This document shows, one piece after another, positions 55,135 through 64,000 of a stretch of DNA of 64,000 bases; the stretch's first letter is position 1, and each line of letters begins with the position of its first letter. Origin of the DNA: Rubripirellula sp. (lineage in GTDB: Bacteria; Planctomycetota; Planctomycetia; Pirellulales; Pirellulaceae); NCBI GenBank assembly GCA_965216875.1, contig OZ244207.1, forward strand, positions 3,456,001 to 3,520,000. The letters run 5' to 3'. Under the pieces are notes generated by a model. That model was not told where the DNA came from. It saw nothing but the letters and a program-made list of their open reading frames with translations, and did not search any database. Both the position numbers and the translations under genes were made by a program.

Positions 55135-56493
55135 CTATCGACTCTTCAGCTTCAAACACAATACGTGTTTGGTGCCGCGAACCAGGAGTTTGTCGCCAAC
55201 AACAATCGGCGCTGCCCAACAGGGATAGACCAAGCCGGGACGCTCTCCCGCCCCATCTTCCAACGCCCATTCGGCAACAATCTCCATCTCTTTCGAATTC
55301 GGTTTCATCACTTGCAACGGTCCGTCTTCTTCAAAGACCAGCAAGTGATCGCCAACTCGAGTGACCGAAGACCGCGTCCGACGGCGGTCCACCCATTGCA
55401 CTTCGCCTGTTGCAAAGTCGATACAGCGAAAGTCGCTGTCCGACGCATTGCGGCCGCTGCAGCCATAAAGAAAGCCGTCGACGACGACAGGTGTCGCCCA
55501 ATGCGCTCGCAACGCTTGTTCGCGGCGCCGCTTGGGCGGATCTTTCCAAACTTCTTTGACTTGTGTTGATGACACCTCCAACAACACGCTGCCCATTTCG
55601 TAGCATTCGCTAATCAACACTCGGTTGCCAACCACAACAGGAACCATTGCGTTAACACTCTCGTTGATCTTCGCACGGTGATAGTACGACCACTTCACCT
55701 CGCCCGCTTCGGGATCAACCAACAACAAGTGATCACGTGCAAAGACAAGCACAAAGGTCTTGCCGTCCAATTCAATCGGCCGGGGACTGCTGTAACTCGC
55801 TAGGTCATCGCCACAGCGCCAAACTTCCTTGCCCGTCATGCGGTCAAAGGCGACCACGGCCGATCCGTTAGGCGAGACGCGATTGAGTCTCATCGGCGCA
55901 ACCTCTTGGTCCTCGATCGGACTTCCGCCAATCATCGTGATGAGCCGATCGCCCAAGATGAGAGGTGATGATCCAACGCCAAAGAAGTTTTGGACGACGC
56001 CATACTTTTTGTTGGTTTCAACCGACCAATACTCTTGGCCGTCGTCGGTATTGCGACAGGCCAACCGCCCGGTCACGCCCATGCAGTAGAGCCGATCGCC
56101 GACAATCGTCGCGCTGCTCCGAGGTCCGTCTTCGTACCCAAGCAGGTCGGAGTAAACGATCTGATCGGATTTCGCCCAGACCGTTTTGCCCGTTTCCAAA
56201 TCAATGCCGCGCATCCGCTCGGACATCTCATAGTCGCCAGACTTTTCTGCATCAAAGTGAAAGTACTTGCCGCCTGCGACCGAGCCGATCCCGTAACCAT
56301 CACCCACTTCGAGGGACCAAACCAACTCGGGCTCGGCGGTCCAATCAAAGTCCCCCGCTTTTGCAACGCCATCAAAGGTATGCCCAAGGAACCGCGGCCA
56401 CGAATCCGAATGGGGTTCAGCCGCCTCTGACAACACGCTTGTGTTTGCAGCGCCAACAAAGATCGCGACCGCGACCAACAAAATGAATCTCAT
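55135..56493 (-). CDS. PQQ-binding-like beta-propeller repeat protein (planctomycete BamB-like family)
   Basis: Signal peptide; 'WPRFLG', 'DLETGKTVW', 'GPRSSATI', 'AFDRMTGKEVW', 'ASYSSP', 'CWAAP'. Confidence 0.9.
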   Translation of the reverse strand: MRFILLVAVAIFVGAANTSVLSEAAEPHSDSWPRFLGHTFDGVAKAGDFDWTAEPELVWSLEVGDGYGIGSVAGGKYFHFDAEKSGDYEMSERMRGIDLETGKTVWAKSDQIVYSDLLGYEDGPRSSATIVGDRLYCMGVTGRLACRNTDDGQEYWSVETNKKYGVVQNFFGVGSSPLILGDRLITMIGGSPIEDQEVAPMRLNRVSPNGSAVVAFDRMTGKEVWRCGDDLASYSSPRPIELDGKTFVLVFARDHLLLVDPEAGEVKWSYYHRAKINESVNAMVPVVVGNRVLISECYEMGSVLLEVSSTQVKEVWKDPPKRRREQALRAHWATPVVVDGFLYGCSGRNASDSDFRCIDFATGEVQWVDRRRTRSSVTRVGDHLLVFEEDGPLQVMKPNSKEMEIVAEWALEDGAGERPGLVYPCWAAPIVVGDKLLVRGTKHVLCLKLKSR

Positions 56494-56498
56494 CCCTG

Positions 56499-59400
56499 CT
56501 ATTTCAACTCATGAATCGTGTTGTGAATTCGTCGTTCGATGGTGCGCCCATCCGGTGATTCGACAAAACAGCGAATCTCCATTCCCCACGTTGGCTCGAG
56601 CTCGGGAATCGAAAGCGAAACGACTTTGCCATCGCGAGACAGCTTTGCTTCGGTGACTTTCCAATTCCGCTCGTTGTAGTGTTTCGATCCGTAACTCTTG
56701 TTCCGTTTCAAATCCCAAGCCGTGATGTGATAGTTTTCTGGCTTGGTTGCCGAGTCGGCGAGTGCGTCGGTGAAAGTGATTTTGACGTTCCCCGTCGAAG
56801 CCTCAAGCCCCACCGGCAGGTGCATTGGCTTGCCGGTTGCCCGAATACGATAGAAACCACCCGGTTGCTGTTGGTTACCTGCCCAGGCAAACATCCCGCA
56901 GGTGTAAAGATGCCCGTTGGTTGGATGAAAACGTCCGCGAATCAAGCCGGTTGGAAATTGTGGCAATGGAAGTTCGCACATTCCACCCTGCACACGATCA
57001 CCCACATGCTCGTGCGGAACAACAAAAACCTTTCCGTAGCCGTAGGACAAATTGAGCAGCGATTCTCCGAGCGGTCCCCAGCACCCCTTCGGCACCCAAA
57101 GCAACTCGGCGGGCGAACGGTCAAATTGATTGGTGATCCAACAGAGCGGCGGGTCCATCGCTTCGTCTGAGGAATCGGTCACGTCGTGATAGCCATACAT
57201 GTTGCCGTAGAAGCCACCTTCGCGAACCCAGTTGATACGGTTCTTTGGATTCCAGTGTCCTTCTTGGTCGGTCACGATGAACGTCCCGTCGGGATTCAGA
57301 CACACGCCGTTGGCTGCTCGAAAACCATTGGCAACGATATCGGTTCGCGAACCATCTTTGCTAACCCGAAGGAGCGTTCCGTGATGGGGAACAACGGCCG
57401 TCAACGCGTGCCGAGCCGACTTGGCGTAATAAAAATTGCCGTCGTCGTCCGTTTGCAGCCCCATCGCAAACTCGTGAAAGTGATCGGTCACTTGATGATC
57501 GCTGTTGAACGCTTCGTAATGATCCGTTTCGCCATCGCCGTTAACGTCATGAAGGATCACGATTTGATCGCGACAGGTCACGTAGATTTGGCCGTCGACG
57601 ATGCGGACGCCAAGGGGCTGAAACAACCCCGTCGCAATGCGTTGCCACGACAGCGATCCATCGAGGTTGTTGATTCCCGTCACCTTCCATACGTCGCCGT
57701 CCCAAGCACACACGGCAGCCGAATCGCCATCGGCAAAGAAATCGAAACCGGTCAAACGCACCTGTGCCAGCCACGGATTCGTTTCGGGACGCGTCAAAAC
57801 GTCGACGGCAAAAGGACCATCACCCTCACCAACGATCGGCTCGGTCAAGACGAGTTGCTTGGTTCGCGCGGGCGAACCTGCTTGCCAATCAGATGTGATC
57901 GCTGGACGTGCAAGGTGACTGACAAGTTCGTCGGTCTCGCTCGCTTGCTCGGGTGAATCGGCCGAAGCGAACCAAAGCGTCATCGCCAATGGCTGGTCGC
58001 CCGCGGGAAGGGTCGCTCGCAACGTGTCGTCCACCACTTCGAAAGTGAAGCCTTCAATGGGTTCTCGCAATCCGGCGACGAAGTAACTTGCCGAGTGGCT
58101 GACGGCTCCGGCGTCCCGTCGCACTTGGGCATGATCGCGATCCGCAGCTTGATTGAGCACGGTTCCCGTAGCACCGCGAAGGTCATAGTGTGCGACCGGA
58201 CGGAGATCTCCACCAAGATCCGCAGCACCAAGTTTCTTTGAATAGAAACGGACGTACTCGATGTCGCCCTGGAAATGCGACTGCGGTCCTGGGAAATCAG
58301 GAGCGCCAAATCCGAGCCGAACGACCTGAGAAGTTTGCTTGGACTTCGGTCGCAACCGACCACGTCCCGCAGGCTTGCCGTCCACAAACAGCCTCACTTC
58401 CGATGATTCGTGGTCCCAACTCATGGCAACATCATGCCACTTGCCGTCATTCACACGCACACTCGATTGAACGGCTCCGACCCAACCGATGTCGTAAACC
58501 AGCCGGCCGCCACGCACAAAAAAGACCTTCCCATCGGGCTGCCATCGATCGCCCTCGGCAGCTTTGGCAAAAATGCTGCCCCCTTTCTTTGTCTTGATAC
58601 GGGCGGTGATCGTGAAGTCCTTGCCCGTCATGTCAAACGAATCACCATCGTCGATTTGCGCATGGGTTCCACCATCAAAAACGAGTTTGGCATCCTTTGG
58701 TTCCTCGATCGTGTCCGGACCCAGCAGATGACTGCCGGAATCGAAACGGCGCAGGTGGCGCGAGCCCTCGGCGAGCGTCGCAACCTGGACCGTCATCGCT
58801 TGCCGTCGCGGTCCAACGTGAATCTGACGCGCAAAGACGGGCGTCGGCGACTCGGACAACAGCAGCGGGATTTCGGAAACCGATGTTTCACCAACCCGAT
58901 AGTCGATGACCGTTTGATCGTTGTGTTGCCACACGCCTTGATATTGCCCCCAGCTGCGAGGCAGCGGCCCGTAGCGTCGATCGTCACGACCGACCAAACG
59001 CACATCCTCGAAACCACCACCATCCGGGTCGGCCCAACCGGGACCGGTTTTGTTTTCGGCATGGACTTGGCCAGCGACGCGGGGGTGAATGTTGTGTTGG
59101 CCGTTAAAATGGATCCCTTTCCAATCGATAAAGCGGTCACCGCTCCACGCCGCCGCCATTCGCAACGTGTCGTGGTCAAAGATCATCCAATGGCGACCGC
59201 GTGACACCCCGCCGGGGCCCGCATCAAGACGAACGGCGATTCCCTTGTAGGCAAAATTCGAACCATCGTTGCCAATTTCGTAGGTGTTGATCAACGACCG
59301 TCCGTAGTCCATCGTCACCCACTTCTCGAGGTTCTGCGGACTCGGCCCACGCGACGTTCCCTTTGGTAAACCGGCCAGCCAATCGCTGCTGACAGCGTGG

Positions 59401-60389
59401 TACTGCGAAGGGTTGTTCTTTTTCAGATAGGCTTCGCGGATGTAGTGAATGACATCGTATTTCTGTTGCGGCACCATCCACGACTGAGGCTGCATCATCC
59501 CAAAGCCGCGTGTGAGCGTTTGGTACATCGTGAACGGGTCTGATCCGTTCTTGAATTTCCCTGATGCAAACTTCAACGATGTCGGCAGCGAACCCGGTTT
59601 GTCATGCGTGCCATGACAATTCACACACATCCGTGTGTAGATCGCTTCGCCTCGTTTGAAGTTGTCTCGACCAAGGTCCGAGATCATGCCGGCATGATCA
59701 ATCGTCTTTTCGTATTCCGGAATCGGACGCGCTGCGTACAGGTGAGCTGGTGGCTTCAAGTTCCGTGCAGTGATCGGCCCACCGTCTCGAATCTCGATCA
59801 AGTAGCGAACCAGATCCAAAAATTGCTGACGGCTGGAAAGCTGATTCACCAATGCGACCGGCATCAGCGAGTTTTTGTTTTGCCGAACGGCATCAAGCGT
59901 CTCGACGTCGAACGTCTCGGTACGCCCCGGACGCGACGGATCACGCAGCACAATTTCATCGTCGGTACGTTTGACGATCAAGCCAACAAAGGTGTCGCCA
60001 TCTTCGGTCAAGACCGACAGTGAATCGAACCCTTTGCGAATCTCTTTGGACGGTCGCAAGATCGCATCGACCAATTGAGCGTCGGTCGGCTTGGTTTGGT
60101 CCCATCGCGAAAGGTCTGGACCGAGTTGCAGGGTCGCGTCATCGGCATCATGACATTGGCGGCATGACATGTAGGGCTGATGAAAAACGATCGCGCCCCG
60201 TTTCGCATCGCCTGTCGTCGCCGCATCAATCGCTAGGCTCCCGGCCGATTCGGCTAGCAATTGATCTTCGAGAGTCTGGCCCTTCGAAGATTCAATCTGT
60301 TGGGATTGGGCCTTAGGCTGGGTCTGAAGAGCAGCAACAAAGCACAGGGTTACCAGGACGCTGGTCCAGTGACATGACGGTCGAATCAT
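56499..60389 (-). CDS. Secreted di-heme cytochrome c / DUF6797-like / LamG / beta-propeller protein
   Basis: CRQCH and CVNCH; 'FDHDTLRMAAAW'; LamG 'VNDGKWHDVA..LFVDGK'; propeller 'ATGLFQPLG', 'FHEFAMGL', 'GFRAANG', 'TDQEGHWNP'. Confidence 0.85.
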   Translation of the reverse strand: MIRPSCHWTSVLVTLCFVAALQTQPKAQSQQIESSKGQTLEDQLLAESAGSLAIDAATTGDAKRGAIVFHQPYMSCRQCHDADDATLQLGPDLSRWDQTKPTDAQLVDAILRPSKEIRKGFDSLSVLTEDGDTFVGLIVKRTDDEIVLRDPSRPGRTETFDVETLDAVRQNKNSLMPVALVNQLSSRQQFLDLVRYLIEIRDGGPITARNLKPPAHLYAARPIPEYEKTIDHAGMISDLGRDNFKRGEAIYTRMCVNCHGTHDKPGSLPTSLKFASGKFKNGSDPFTMYQTLTRGFGMMQPQSWMVPQQKYDVIHYIREAYLKKNNPSQYHAVSSDWLAGLPKGTSRGPSPQNLEKWVTMDYGRSLINTYEIGNDGSNFAYKGIAVRLDAGPGGVSRGRHWMIFDHDTLRMAAAWSGDRFIDWKGIHFNGQHNIHPRVAGQVHAENKTGPGWADPDGGGFEDVRLVGRDDRRYGPLPRSWGQYQGVWQHNDQTVIDYRVGETSVSEIPLLLSESPTPVFARQIHVGPRRQAMTVQVATLAEGSRHLRRFDSGSHLLGPDTIEEPKDAKLVFDGGTHAQIDDGDSFDMTGKDFTITARIKTKKGGSIFAKAAEGDRWQPDGKVFFVRGGRLVYDIGWVGAVQSSVRVNDGKWHDVAMSWDHESSEVRLFVDGKPAGRGRLRPKSKQTSQVVRLGFGAPDFPGPQSHFQGDIEYVRFYSKKLGAADLGGDLRPVAHYDLRGATGTVLNQAADRDHAQVRRDAGAVSHSASYFVAGLREPIEGFTFEVVDDTLRATLPAGDQPLAMTLWFASADSPEQASETDELVSHLARPAITSDWQAGSPARTKQLVLTEPIVGEGDGPFAVDVLTRPETNPWLAQVRLTGFDFFADGDSAAVCAWDGDVWKVTGINNLDGSLSWQRIATGLFQPLGVRIVDGQIYVTCRDQIVILHDVNGDGETDHYEAFNSDHQVTDHFHEFAMGLQTDDDGNFYYAKSARHALTAVVPHHGTLLRVSKDGSRTDIVANGFRAANGVCLNPDGTFIVTDQEGHWNPKNRINWVREGGFYGNMYGYHDVTDSSDEAMDPPLCWITNQFDRSPAELLWVPKGCWGPLGESLLNLSYGYGKVFVVPHEHVGDRVQGGMCELPLPQFPTGLIRGRFHPTNGHLYTCGMFAWAGNQQQPGGFYRIRATGKPMHLPVGLEASTGNVKITFTDALADSATKPENYHITAWDLKRNKSYGSKHYNERNWKVTEAKLSRDGKVVSLSIPELEPTWGMEIRCFVESPDGRTIERRIHNTIHELK

Positions 60390-60580
60390 CGTGACGCTTG
60401 TCGAAGGGGGGAGGGCAGAGTGGTGGGATGCCTCCAGATTCTACAACGTCGCATAGTCGATTTCAGGCATGAAAACTTCTTTGATCATTCCTGCTACAAT
60501 GGCTATTCCTCTCCCCCTCCTATCTCCCCACCTATTGTTGGTCGACTCCGCTCTTGGCCGACAGCAGCCTTCGCAAAGCC

Positions 60581-63500
60581 ATGATGCACCGAAACCGTTT
60601 GCGTTGTCCGTACGTCCTCATCGTGTTCATTGCCCTTTCGTCAGTCGCGACACCAGACGCCGAGGCAGCCGAGAAGAAAAACATCTTGATGATGGCGGGC
60701 AAACCGTCACATCGCTACGGCGCCCACGAACACTACGCCGGCCTCAAGATTCTTGAGGAGGCGATCAACGCAAGCAGTGAACAAGTCGACGTGAAGGTCG
60801 TTCGCGAGTGGCCCAATGACGACTCCTTGGTCGAACAGGCCGACACGATCGTCATCTACTGCGACGGCGGCGGACGTCACCTCGCGATGAATCATCGCGA
60901 CCGGTTGAAAGAGAAACTGGCTGAAGGCTGCGGTCTGGTGTGCATCCACTACGCCGTCGAAATGGTTCCGGGCCAACCGGGTGACGACTGGGTCGAGATG
61001 CTTGGCGGCCACTTCGAAGTCAACTGGAGCGTCAACCCACACTGGGTCGCCGAATTCGAGACGCTTCCCGAACATCCGATCAGCAACGGCGTCAAACCGT
61101 TTGCGACCGATGACGAATGGTACTTTCACATGCGGTTTAGCGAACAGGGAAAGGTCACGCCGATCCTTGCCGCGGTCGCTCCCGAGCACACGATGTCCCG
61201 CAAGGACGGTGCCCACAGCGGCAACCCTCACGTTCGCAAAAGCGTTGCCCGTGGTGATGCACAAGTCGTTGCCTGGGCGTACGACCGCAAAGATGGTGGG
61301 CGTTCCTTCGGTTTCACCGGTGGACACAACCATTGGAATTGGGGACACGACGACATGCGGCGTCTGGTCGCCAATGCGATTCGCTGGACCGCGGGTGAGG
61401 ACATCGAGCCCAACGGTTCGTCACTTGGCAAACGCGAGGTTGGCGTCAAAGAACTGCTTGAAAACCAAGACTACGATCGCCCCAACAACTTTGACCTCGA
61501 CGGAACGATCAAGAAATTCAAGCTCAAAGGCGCGGCGCCCGCGGAACCTGCCAGCAATGCCAAAGCCCCAAGCAATGCCAAGGCCCGTCGATTGCATGCC
61601 ACTGGCATCGTGACCGCCCAAACCAAAGGCCACCGCGAAGCTCTCGAAGTCTCCATCAAAGGTGTGAAGGATCTTTTTCTAGTCGCGACCGATGGCGGCA
61701 ACGGATATGCGTGCGACTGGTGCACTTGGGTCGATCCGGTGATCTCAGGCCCCGCAGGGGAAAAGTCACTCGTTGACCTCGGTTGGAAATCGGCATCCTC
61801 GGACTACGGGCGAGTCAACAAGAACGCAAACTGCTCGGGCAAACCTTGCTCGATTGACGGACAAGTTGTCAACGACAAGTGCATTGGCGCACACGCCAAC
61901 AGCGTGATCCGATTCGAAATCCCGCGCGGCTACAACAAACTGCGTGTCACCGGCGCACTCGACAGTGGTGGAACGAGCCAATCGGGATGCGGCCAAGATG
62001 CCAGCGTTCAATTCCTCGTGTATGCCGATGCGTCACCTAAAATTGGCCGAAACGCGGGCGCAACCGATGGCTCACAACGCGAGCCTGAGAATGCGATCGC
62101 CGGATTGGCAGTGGCCCCCGGACTCGAGGCGACTCTGTCGGCCAGCGAACCGCAACTACGAAGCCTGACGAATCTTGACATCGATGATCGAGGCCGCGTG
62201 TGGGTGTGCGATGTCATGAACTATCGCCGCAATAACGGATCGCGGCCCGAAGGCGATCGCATTCTGATTCTTGAAGACACCACCGGCGACGGCGTGATGG
62301 ACAAGGTCAAAACGTTTTACCAAGGCCGCGACATCGACTCGGCGATGGGCATCTGCGTGTTGGGCAACGAAGTGATTGTCACCGCATCACCCTACGTTTG
62401 GCGTTTCATCGACGAAGATGGTGACGACAAACCCGATCGCAAAGAAGCGATGTTCACCGAAACGGGGATGCCCCAGCACGACCACTCAGGACACTCGTTC
62501 TTGTTCGGCCCCGATGGCAAGCTGTACTGGAATGTCGGAAACACCGGCAAGCAAGTAAAAGACAAAGATGGCAACACCGTCGTCGACATTCACGGTCGTG
62601 CGGTGGTCGACAACGGCAAACCGTTTTATGGCGGCATGCCCTTTCGTTGTGACCTGGACGGTTCAAACTTCGAAGTCCTCGCACACAACTTTCGCAACAA
62701 CTGGGAAACCACGGTCGATTCATTCGGAACGCTTTGGCAAAGTGACAACGACGACGACGGCAACCGTGGTACCCGCATCAACTTTGTGATGGAACATGGC
62801 AACTACGGCTATCGCGATGAACGCACCGGCGCCGGATGGCGCGACGCGCGGATCAACATGGAGGAGGAGATCCCGCTTCGACACTGGCACTTGAATGATC
62901 CCGGCGTGATTCCCAACATCCTGCAAACAGGTGCCGGATCGCCCTCCGGGATCTGTATGTACGAAGGGCGTTTGTTGCCAAAGCGTTTCTGGGACCAAGT
63001 GATCCATTGCGACCCAGGTCCCAACGTGGTCCGTGCCTATCCGACCAAACCCGATGGTGCCGGGTATTCGGCATCGATTGACCCGCTGCTAACAGGAACG
63101 ACCGACAAGTGGTTCCGCCCCGCCGACGTTTGCGTCGCTCCCGATGGATCGTTGTTTGTGACCGATTGGTACGACCCCGGTGTCGGCGGGCACCGTCAAG
63201 GTGACACCGATCGCGGACGGTTGTTCCGCATCGCGCCTCCGGGAACGAAATACACCGTTCCCAAGTTCGACTACAGCACAGTCGACGGCGCGATCGCCGC
63301 GCTGCGAAACCCAAACCTCGCCGTACGCTACAAAGCATGGATGGCGCTACACAAAATGGGCGGACAGGCTGAAGCCGCTCTGCTGGAACTTTTCCAAGAT
63401 TCCAATCCACGGATACGAGCACGTGCCCTGTGGCTGCTCGGCAAAATCGAACGTCGAGGTGGCCACTACGTCCAACTCGCGATCAAGGACGCCGATCCAA

Positions 63501-64000
63501 ACATTCGCATCACGGCGATTCGATTGACGCGACAAATTGGCCTGACACCGTCAGTTGCACTTGCCCCCCTCGCCAACGACAAATCATCGGCCGTTCGACG
63601 CGAACTGCTGGTAGCGCTACGATTTGACGAGTCGCCCTCGATGCCAAAGATCTGGGCGCAACTGGCGGAGGCTCACGATGGAAAAGACCGCTGGTATCTC
63701 GAGGCACTCGGGCTGGCGAGTGACCTACGCGCCGCGGAGTGTTACGACGAATGGCTTGCTGGTGGTGGGCGCGTTGAAACGGCCGCGGGCAGCGACATCG
63801 CTTGGCGAGTCCGCGCTCCGAAAGCGGCCGAGGCAATCGTCAAATTGATTGCCGCTTCAAGCCCCTCGGAGACGCCACGCTATTTCCGCAGCCTCGAATA
63901 CCATGACGCAGAAACTCGCACGGCGGCCCTCAAAAAACTCGTTGCTTTTGCGGCCCCCACCAAGTCCAAAGAAGGGGATGCATTGGTCGTACGTTCGATC
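60581..64000 (+). CDS. PVC-type membrane-bound dehydrogenase/heme-binding protein (ThuA-like + NPCBM + beta-propeller + HEAT), 3'-truncated
   Basis: Missing from the ORF track because it has no stop in the window. Segments read by hand give MMHRNRLRCPYVLIVFIAL..AEKKNILMMAGKPSHRYGAHEHYAG, 'GGRSFGFTGGHNHWNW', 'IGAHANS', 'DIDDRGRVWV', 'HNFRNNWE', 'FRPADVCVAPDGSLFVTDWYD' and 'DRWYLEALG'. Confidence 0.88.
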   Translation, partial: MMHRNRLRCPYVLIVFIALSSVATPDAEAAEKKNILMMAGKPSHRYGAHEHYAGLKILEEAINASSEQVDVKVVREWPNDDSLVEQADTIVIYCDGGGRHLAMNHRDRLKEKLAEGCGLVCIHYAVEMVPGQPGDDWVEMLGGHFEVNWSVNPHWVAEFETLPEHPISNGVKPFATDDEWYFHMRFSEQGKVTPILAAVAPEHTMSRKDGAHSGNPHVRKSVARGDAQVVAWAYDRKDGGRSFGFTGGHNHWNWGHDDMRRLVANAIRWTAGEDIEPNGSSLGKREVGVKELLENQDYDRPNNFDLDGTIKKFKLKGAAPAEPASNAKAPSNAKARRLHATGIVTAQTKGHREALEVSIKGVKDLFLVATDGGNGYACDWCTWVDPVISGPAGEKSLVDLGWKSASSDYGRVNKNANCSGKPCSIDGQVVNDKCIGAHANSVIRFEIPRGYNKLRVTGALDSGGTSQSGCGQDASVQFLVYADASPKIGRNAGATDGSQREPENAIAGLAVAPGLEATLSASEPQLRSLTNLDIDDRGRVWVCDVMNYRRNNGSRPEGDRILILEDTTGDGVMDKVKTFYQGRDIDSAMGICVLGNEVIVTASPYVWRFIDEDGDDKPDRKEAMFTETGMPQHDHSGHSFLFGPDGKLYWNVGNTGKQVKDKDGNTVVDIHGRAVVDNGKPFYGGMPFRCDLDGSNFEVLAHNFRNNWETTVDSFGTLWQSDNDDDGNRGTRINFVMEHGNYGYRDERTGAGWRDARINMEEEIPLRHWHLNDPGVIPNILQTGAGSPSGICMYEGRLLPKRFWDQVIHCDPGPNVVRAYPTKPDGAGYSASIDPLLTGTTDKWFRPADVCVAPDGSLFVTDWYDPGVGGHRQGDTDRGRLFRIAPPGTKYTVPKFDYSTVDGAIAALRNPNLAVRYKAWMALHKMGGQAEAALLELFQDSNPRIRARALWLLGKIERRGGHYVQLAIKDADPNIRITAIRLTRQIGLTPSVALAPLANDKSSAVRRELLVALRFDESPSMPKIWAQLAEAHDGKDRWYLEALGLASDLRAAECYDEWLAGGGRVETAAGSDIAWRVRAPKAAEAIVKLIAASSPSETPRYFRSLEYHDAETRTAALKKLVAFAAPTKSKEGDALVVRSI

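Noticed and set aside
60707..63848. Many short ORFs on both strands in the last 3.4 kb
   Set aside because: They are explained by one long plus-strand CDS from 60581 that runs off the window end.
1..64000. tRNA, rRNA, IS/transposase, prophage or known riboswitch
   Set aside because: I recognised no such motifs by eye; tRNAscan-SE and an Rfam cmscan would be needed to exclude them formally.

Overview
A gene-dense chromosomal window that looks like a planctomycete (Pirellulaceae-like). The assignment rests on a DUF1501 + DUF1549/DUF1553 pair, a planctomycete extracellular 'RRLxxExLExRxLLA' signature, PVC-type heme/beta-propeller giants and H4MPT-linked C1 genes. About 45 CDS are supportable: a C1 module (ATP-grasp, fae, mtdC), tail-specific protease, rlmN, a PilM-led three-gene operon with Met-rich tracts, a Ser/Thr kinase, SPFH-hflK-hflC, a large secreted metalloprotease/Calx-beta protein, EfpL/YeiP, three glycosyltransferases, hpt, YihY and two large cytochrome/beta-propeller proteins. 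The first and last CDS run off the window edges. I saw no tRNA, rRNA, transposase, integrase or CRISPR. Intergenic spaces carry several families of REP-like palindromes, often assembled into composite arrays. The best unexplained signals are: (1) an ORF-free minus-strand unit at about 43152-43392 with a promoter, a long rod-like hairpin and an intrinsic terminator (candidate ncRNA, possibly 6S-like); (2) an apparently circularly permuted reelin-like domain inserted into a Calx-beta repeat; (3) REP doublets with compensatory stem changes. All family calls come from motif recognition by eye; no searches were run.
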